Below are positions 58,358 through 64,000 of a stretch of DNA of 64,000 nt, in pieces. Under the pieces are notes generated by a model that worked only from the letters and a program-made list of their open reading frames with translations, was not told the DNA's origin and ran no database searches. How positions within the stretch are numbered: the first letter of the stretch is position 1; the number at the start of each line of letters is the position of its first letter. This DNA is from Deltaproteobacteria bacterium. GTDB taxonomy: Bacteria; JAGRBM01; JAHCIT01. The translations under genes and the position numbers were made by a program. The stretch is taken from the NCBI GenBank assembly GCA_026129095.1, contig JAHCIT010000005.1, forward strand, positions 124,001-188,000, given 5' to 3'.

Positions 58358-58380
58358 GACAGGTGTTCAGGCAGGGGCCG

Positions 58381-58770
58381 TCAGCCGGCCATGTCCCGCT
58401 CGCCGCGCTCCTGCTCTTCCTTGCAGGTGATGCAGAGCGTGGTGACGGGCCGGGCCTCAAGACGCTTCAGGCCGATCGGTCCGCCGCAGGATTCGCAGGT
58501 GTTGTAGGTGCCCTTGTTCATCCGCTCGATGGCGAGATCGATCTTCGAGAGCAGCGTCCGCTCGCGGTCGCGCAGCTTGTGGATGATCGCCTTGCTCACC
58601 TCGTTGGTGGCGACGTCCACCTCGTCCTGCAGGTCATCGGTCGTGGAGTTCTTCTCTTCGTCGGTCGCCTCGGCGGCGAGCTGGATGATCCGCTGGCGCT
58701 CGGCTTCAAGCTGCTCCAGGAAGCGTTTCTGGTCGGTCTTGCTCAGTTTGGTCGATTCGGTCTTGGCCAT
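58381..58770 (-). CDS. dksA: DksA/TraR C4 zinc-finger protein
   Basis: Coiled-coil tip DEVDVA (DxxDxA); CESC...RLEARP...CITC. Confidence 0.88.
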   Translation of the reverse strand: MAKTESTKLSKTDQKRFLEQLEAERQRIIQLAAEATDEEKNSTTDDLQDEVDVATNEVSKAIIHKLRDRERTLLSKIDLAIERMNKGTYNTCESCGGPIGLKRLEARPVTTLCITCKEEQERGERDMAG

Positions 58771-59016
58771 TGCTGCTCTAGTCTCTGGTCTCTTCCGTGT
58801 TATTGGCTTCCACCCCAGGGGAAACCGGCCTCACCATGTACATCCGGCCCCCTGCCGATGCAACCACGGCCGCCCAGACCCGCCGTTTGACGCATCCCGG
58901 CACCGGGTTTTACAGTATCCAGAGCCGCCGGAGAACCCGTTAATCCATTCCCGGCAGTTTCCCGTGAGTCACCCCTCCGGTGGCCGGGCCCGACAGGAGC
59001 CCGACACGGTACATTC

Positions 59017-59994
59017 ATGGCCGAAGGCCCACATACGGTCCCCGTCCGGCTGGACCCACCCCGCCAGGTGACGGACAAGACACCCTGGCAGCGGTTCACG
59101 ACCAGCGGCCCCATGCTCCTTTTTGCCGCCAGCATCTGCTTTGCCTGGATGGCCGTCTCGGTCCGCGGCCTCACCCGGTTCTCGCCGAGCGAGACGACCT
59201 TCCTCCGGTTCGCCATCGGCCTCGTTGTGCTGGTGATCTTCCACCGGCTCACGCTGATGCCGCTCAGGTTCGTCAATCGCCCGATGCTCGTCGTCCGCGG
59301 GCTGCTCGGCGCCGGGGCCGTGATTCTCTATTTCACCTGCATCCAGCGGACCAGCGCCGCCACGGCGACGCTGCTCAACAACTCCTATCCGCTGTTTGCA
59401 ATGATCGCCGGGTTCTTCGTCGGGACGGTGACGGTGAACCTGCGGCTTCTGGCCCTCGTCGGGATGTCGCTGGCCGGCATGGTGATCGTCGCCAACCCCG
59501 CCTGGGGAAATGTTGGCACGGGAGCGGCTTATGGCATCGCGTCGGCGGCGATGGCCGGCGCCGCGCTGATCGTGATCGAGAAGATCCGCGAGACCGACTC
59601 CGCGCAGGCGACCTTTTTTTCCATGTGCGTGGGCGGCGTCATCATCGGGCTTGCCGGCATGGTGTTCCATGACCGGGGGATGCTGGTGCCCACCGGGCCC
59701 GAATGGGGCTGGATCATCCTCCTCGGACTCACCTCCACGGCGGCGCAGCTCATGATGAACCACGCCCTCTTTTACGTGAAGGCGACACAAGGGTCGGTCG
59801 TCTGCGTGACGACGACCGCCTTCACCGCCGTCTTTGCCTATTTCACCTTCGGCGAGAAAGTCGCGTGGAACTTCTATCCTGGCGCCGCGCTCATCCTGAC
59901 GAGCGCCGTCATCTCGGCGCTCACGATGGCCCGCCACCCGGCGGAAAGGCCCGCCGAGCCGCCCGCCGCCGAACCGGAGCGGAGCGCCGCCTAG
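59017..59994 (+). CDS. DMT/EamA family transporter
   Basis: About 10 TM helices in two EamA-like halves; FLRF, ATLLNNSYP, FGEK. Confidence 0.87.
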   Translation: MAEGPHTVPVRLDPPRQVTDKTPWQRFTTSGPMLLFAASICFAWMAVSVRGLTRFSPSETTFLRFAIGLVVLVIFHRLTLMPLRFVNRPMLVVRGLLGAGAVILYFTCIQRTSAATATLLNNSYPLFAMIAGFFVGTVTVNLRLLALVGMSLAGMVIVANPAWGNVGTGAAYGIASAAMAGAALIVIEKIRETDSAQATFFSMCVGGVIIGLAGMVFHDRGMLVPTGPEWGWIILLGLTSTAAQLMMNHALFYVKATQGSVVCVTTTAFTAVFAYFTFGEKVAWNFYPGAALILTSAVISALTMARHPAERPAEPPAAEPERSAA

Positions 59995-60653
59995 TTCAGG
60001 TTTTCCGGGTCGGTGGGGAACAGTTCGGGAAGTTCCTGGCGGCGGACCTGGAGCTTTTCATGCAGGATCAGGTAGCGCTCAACGATGGTGGATGATTCCA
60101 GCATCTGCTGCTTTTCCATTCCCGACAGGTTCAGCACCTGGGCCGCCACGGCGCCAAACTGCGCGTCGTCGAGCTTGAGGAGCCGCTCGCCGAACTCCCC
60201 GTCGGCAAGCACACGCGGATCGATGAACCGGGGGATCGTCTCCAGAAGGTCGCGGCGGATCGCCTGGATGCTCGCCTGCTCCTCGGCCGTCGCGTTCACG
60301 TATTCATGGTTGATCGCCACCTGACGGTAGCTCTTCGCGCCCGGCAGCTCGCGGTCGATGCGGAACCGCTCGATGCCGAGCAGCCAGATGAGGAACCGGC
60401 CGTCCGCCAGCTCCTGGTGCCGTGCGATCAGGCCCGCGCACCCCACATCGCGCACCGGCGGCGCGCCGTAGTAGTCGCGCTCGTAGCCCGGTTGCAGCAG
60501 GACCATCCCGATCACCCGGTGGGTGTCGAGCGAATCGCGCACCATGTCGCGGTAACGGGGTTCAAAAACGTGGAGCGGGAGGACTTCGGAAGGAAGCAGT
60601 ACGGTTTCCGGGAGGGGGAAGATCGGAATGACGTCGGGCACGTTGGAAATCAT
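59991..60653 (-). CDS. Lon protease N-terminal (substrate-binding) domain protein
   Basis: PIFPL..VLLP..LPLHVFEPRYRDM, DGRF..G.ERF. Confidence 0.9.
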   Translation of the reverse strand: MISNVPDVIPIFPLPETVLLPSEVLPLHVFEPRYRDMVRDSLDTHRVIGMVLLQPGYERDYYGAPPVRDVGCAGLIARHQELADGRFLIWLLGIERFRIDRELPGAKSYRQVAINHEYVNATAEEQASIQAIRRDLLETIPRFIDPRVLADGEFGERLLKLDDAQFGAVAAQVLNLSGMEKQQMLESSTIVERYLILHEKLQVRRQELPELFPTDPENLN

Positions 60654-60731
60654 CTCGGGCGTTACTCCTCTGGCTGGCTTGCCGGTTTCCTGCTGGTGTC
60701 CCTCCCGAACGCTTCTTCTCGATACGAGGAC

Positions 60732-60768
60732 ATTATAAACCCAAAACAGGCTCCGTGTCGAAGCCTGT
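60732..60768 (-). terminator. Terminator-like hairpin after the aldolase gene, overlapping a probable promoter for the LON-N gene
   Basis: Minus strand acaggcttcg-aca-cggagcctgt then TTT; TCGACA-18-TATAAT overlaps it. Confidence 0.55.
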
Positions 60769-60795
60769 GTGTGCGCTAAATCAATAAGTAACGGA

Positions 60796-61728
60796 TTAAA
60801 CCGCGTCCAGAAGGCGGGTGACTTCGGTCACGATCTCCTGCGCCTTGGGCTTGGTGCGCTTCCACATGTTGCGGCCGATGATGAACCCGAAGCATCCTCC
60901 CGCGACGCAGGCCTTCGCGTTCTCGATCACCGTCTCGGTGGAGGCTCCCTCGCCGCCGGAGAACAGCACCGGGATGCCGGTCGCCGCCTTCACCACGCGC
61001 CGGGCGCGCTCGGCCGCCTGCGCGGCCGGGTCGAGCCGGAGGAGCTGTTCCTCCAGCTCGCGGTAATACTTCGGCACCTTCTCGTTTTTCACGAAGTCGG
61101 GCTTGGCCGCCTTGGGCAGGTTGCTCTTGACGATCGTCGCGCCCATCTCGACGGCGAGCCGCGCCGCCGACTCCAGCGCATAGGAAGTCTCCTTGCCGCC
61201 CTTGGCGTCGATCGCCTCGCCACGCGGGTAGGCCCAGACGATGAGCGGCAGGCCGAACCGCTCGCAGGCGGCGCGCACCCCGGCCATCTGCGGCAGGTCT
61301 TCGTCCTGCCGGGGCGAGCCGTAGTAGAGCGTGTAGCCGATGCCGGTGGCGCCGATCCGCACGGCGTCCTCGACGAACGACGTGGCTGTCGAGAGCGCCT
61401 GCGCGTCGGACGGAATCGACGTCTTGCCGTTCACCTTCAGGATCAGCGGGATGCGCCCCTCTGTCTTGGTCCAGAACCGCCGGGCGACGCCGTAGTGGAC
61501 GGCCACGGCGTTGAAGCCGAGGTCGATGCCCAGTTCCATGATGTAGTCGGGATTGCCGGCGTCGCTCTCGGCCTCCAGATGGCGGCAGTCATGCTCGATG
61601 AACTGGTCGTAGGGGAGGATGATCGACGTGCCGTTGCCGCGCGTAATCTGGCTGACCCGGGCCATCTCGCCCGGTCCCAGGCGAACGCGCCGGAAAAATC
61701 TCAGGGGGTCTTTACGCATGTCCTGCAT
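60796..61728 (-). CDS. Class I (DhnA-type) fructose-bisphosphate aldolase
   Basis: ILPYDQ..EH, LILKVNG, WAYPRG, ATIVK (Schiff-base Lys), FSGG, IIGRN. Confidence 0.88.
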   Translation of the reverse strand: MQDMRKDPLRFFRRVRLGPGEMARVSQITRGNGTSIILPYDQFIEHDCRHLEAESDAGNPDYIMELGIDLGFNAVAVHYGVARRFWTKTEGRIPLILKVNGKTSIPSDAQALSTATSFVEDAVRIGATGIGYTLYYGSPRQDEDLPQMAGVRAACERFGLPLIVWAYPRGEAIDAKGGKETSYALESAARLAVEMGATIVKSNLPKAAKPDFVKNEKVPKYYRELEEQLLRLDPAAQAAERARRVVKAATGIPVLFSGGEGASTETVIENAKACVAGGCFGFIIGRNMWKRTKPKAQEIVTEVTRLLDAV

Positions 61729-61794
61729 GGGAAACGGTCCTCCATCGTCAGGCCGGTTCCTATCCGGCAGAAGGCGGGTAATTCAACACATTCC

Positions 61795-63456
61795 TCACGG
61801 CCCCAGCACCGGAATGCCCACCGTCCCGGCGAGGCCCCGGATGCCGAGCGTGACGGCCGGCAGGTGCACCGCGCCCGGCCCGACCTCGAACGGTCCGATG
61901 GGCGTCCCCTCCTCGATCAGGTACCGCTGCCGCTTTCCCCTCAAGACGACGGCCACGAGGTAGTTCCCCTCCGGCACGTTCTCGAAAACAAAGGGATCGG
62001 CGAAATCCGCCCGCGGTTTCGACGCCGCCACGAGCCGCGGAATCAAAAACGCCGTCCACTCCGGACTGGTCGCTTCCGGCCGGGGGAGCGTCTCGCCAGG
62101 TTCCAGCGAGAGGAGTACGAGTCTCAGCGCCTCGGCGCCGAGAACGCCCGCCTTCATCGTGATCGTGGCGGCGCCGTCCTCGCCCTGCCGGGCGAAAGCC
62201 CGCTCCACGGCCGATTTCGCCTCCGGGGTGAGACGGAACTTCGCGGGATCGAGAAAGGCATAGAGAAGCCCATCGTTGTCCCGGTCCCTCATTCCCCGCC
62301 CGAGGCGGTCCAGAAGCAGCGTGCAGGCGGGCGGACGCTTGAGGCCGAAACAGCCCTGCACGAGCCCCGCCGTGATCTCCTCCGGCAGGGCGGCCGCCAC
62401 GCCGCTCGCCGCGTGGATATCGTCCACGTAGGGCTTCAGTTCCGGGGCAATGGCGATCCGCCGGTCCCAGCGGCCGAACGAGAGGGGCCGGACCGGCATC
62501 CCCTCGATCGTGCTCCAGACCTGTTCGGGCAGCATCCGGGGCGTGAGCCGCTTTTTCTGCCCGCCGCCGGATGTCTCCTCCTGTTCATCGTGCTCGTCGT
62601 GAAGGATCACCAGCGTGGGACTCCCCGCTGTCTCCAGCGGAACCCCGGCCATGAACTGCCGGGGGCCGCTTTCGGCGGGCAGCGGAGCCCGCGCCGCCTG
62701 CGCCTGCGACATCCCGCCGGCGGCGATCACGGGCAGAAGCGCCAGCGCCGACTGCCGCCAGTCCCGCACGGCCAGCCGCCACACGAAGAGAAAGAGGCCG
62801 GTCGTCCAGAGCACAAGCACCACCGACCGTTCCAGCACCGGACCCCAGAACGGCGCGCCGGGCCGGGACACCAGATCAAGCCGTGATGCCTGGTGCGCAG
62901 CCACGTGGCCGCTGGTGAGAAGCATGAGGACGCCGAGCGAGAGCGCGCTCCCCGCCAGCACGAGCAGCGGGAGCGGCAGCGGGCGCACAAAGACGGACTC
63001 TTTCGGCGGTTTCAGGGCCATCCAGACGCCGAGCCCCGCGAGCGCGCCCGGCAGCATCGCCCAGGCCATCGAGCCCCCCGACTGGAGCCACGGGGCCCAG
63101 GAGCCAAGCAGCATCGAGTGGAAGACGGCGGCGATGGCGAACGAGAAGTCGCTCACCGATTCGGGCCATGGCTTTACTTCCAGTTCCGGCGGCCGGATGC
63201 CGGAGGTGAAAAGCCGCGCCCCCAGCAGCGCGAGCCCGGCAAACAGGCCCACCGACAGGGCGACGAGCGGCAGGCTCCGGAGCCAGCCGGTCATCCCAAG
63301 CACCGGCTCCCACGCATACGCCTCCACCGGCACCACGCCCGTGTCCAGCGGCGGAACCACCTGCGCCGCCGAGATGAGACTCACCCGGAGTTCGTGGAGG
63401 AAGTGGGGAACGGCGAGGAGCACGAGGCCCCAGACGATGCGGCGGCGGCTGGTCAC
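61795..63456 (-). CDS. Hypothetical membrane protein with soluble C-terminal region
   Basis: 553-aa ORF filling the gap, ~7 hydrophobic helices, TAGGCT box 6 nt before the GTG start. Confidence 0.6.
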   Translation of the reverse strand: MTSRRRIVWGLVLLAVPHFLHELRVSLISAAQVVPPLDTGVVPVEAYAWEPVLGMTGWLRSLPLVALSVGLFAGLALLGARLFTSGIRPPELEVKPWPESVSDFSFAIAAVFHSMLLGSWAPWLQSGGSMAWAMLPGALAGLGVWMALKPPKESVFVRPLPLPLLVLAGSALSLGVLMLLTSGHVAAHQASRLDLVSRPGAPFWGPVLERSVVLVLWTTGLFLFVWRLAVRDWRQSALALLPVIAAGGMSQAQAARAPLPAESGPRQFMAGVPLETAGSPTLVILHDEHDEQEETSGGGQKKRLTPRMLPEQVWSTIEGMPVRPLSFGRWDRRIAIAPELKPYVDDIHAASGVAAALPEEITAGLVQGCFGLKRPPACTLLLDRLGRGMRDRDNDGLLYAFLDPAKFRLTPEAKSAVERAFARQGEDGAATITMKAGVLGAEALRLVLLSLEPGETLPRPEATSPEWTAFLIPRLVAASKPRADFADPFVFENVPEGNYLVAVVLRGKRQRYLIEEGTPIGPFEVGPGAVHLPAVTLGIRGLAGTVGIPVLGP

Positions 63457-63513
63457 GGGCCGAGCCTAGTTGGGCCGCGGGCGGAGAGGGAAGGAGGGGG
63501 TGAACAGCAGGAC

Positions 63514-63542
63514 TTGGATGATATAGGACTCAGTGCTATAGT
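63514..63542 (+). promoter_or_regulatory. Sigma-70 promoter of the toxin-antitoxin operon
   Basis: TTGGAT-17-TATAGT with extended TG, 6 nt before GTG 63549. Confidence 0.7.
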
Positions 63543-63548
63543 TTCCCC

Positions 63549-63940
63549 GTGGCTGCCGCCTTCAAGACACGGGGATTTGCCAAGCAGGCCCGAAAGGCAG
63601 GGATCACCGATACGGCGCTGGTAAATGCCGTGGAAGAGATGAAACGCGGGATAGTCGATGCCGAGCTTGGCGGAGGTGTCGTAAAGAAGCGGGTACCTCT
63701 GCCGGGACGCGGCAAGCGTGGTGGAGCTAGAACGCTGCTCGCCACTAACCGGCACGACCGGTGGATATTCCTCTATGGTATGGCTTCGCCAAGAACGAGA
63801 AGGAGAATGTGAGCGAGGCCGAACTGGAGGCTCTCAAGCTGCTGGCGAAAGATTTGCTTGGACTGACGGCGACCGAACTGGCCCGGGCCATCGAAGCCGG
63901 AGAACTGCTGGAGTTGTGTGATGAAAAAGACCACCACTAG
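63549..63940 (+). pseudogene. RelE/HigB-like toxin frameshifted by a TATGG tandem duplication
   Basis: FKTRGFAK...LGGGVVKKRV...GKRGGART...FLYG, then continues in another frame as FAKNEKENVSEAELEALK...DHH*. Confidence 0.88.
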
Positions 63941-64000
63941 AAAGACCGGGAGCCGCATTCTCGCCGCCGTCCATGAAACGGCCAGCGGGCTCCATCGCGC
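63921..64000 (+). CDS. HigA-like antitoxin, N-terminal part (truncated by the window end)
   Basis: MKKTTTRKTGSRILAAVHETASGLHR overlaps the toxin 3' end and resembles N-termini of antitoxins paired with this toxin family. Confidence 0.75.
   Translation, partial: MKKTTTRKTGSRILAAVHETASGLHR

Overview
A GC-rich, gene-dense bacterial chromosomal window. Gene content (TIGR02147, PEGA, DUF4388/PatA-N receiver, probable AUC-start infC, CoxDE-like pair) suggests a deltaproteobacterial lineage such as Myxococcota or Bdellovibrionota; this is inference. Housekeeping genes include icd, mdh, a peptide ABC transporter, dacB, thrS-infC, tRNA-Val(GAC), tRNA-Cys(GCA), amtB-glnK with a sigma-54 promoter, rlmE, ppx, cdsA, miaB, nagZ, dksA and a class I aldolase. 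Notable items: (1) a ~2.1 kb AT-richer controller/nuclease/M.PvuII-like methyltransferase cassette with no integrase, bracketed by a 63-bp duplication of the 3' end of a neighbouring lipoprotein gene; (2) a b6-type Rieske/cytochrome b complex with an APWY Qo motif and a 1027-aa octaheme cytochrome; (3) an uncharacterised protein with tandem HTH-like repeats and a C-terminal Tudor-like domain, behind a palindrome and a sigma-70 promoter; (4) a hybrid sensor kinase with all catalytic motifs altered; (5) repeated -10 boxes 6-9 nt before start codons with no Shine-Dalgarno, suggesting leaderless mRNAs; (6) a RelE/HigB toxin frameshifted by a 5-bp duplication. No CRISPR array, rRNA, transposase, integrase or reverse transcriptase was seen. 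All family assignments come from motif recognition by eye, not database searches.
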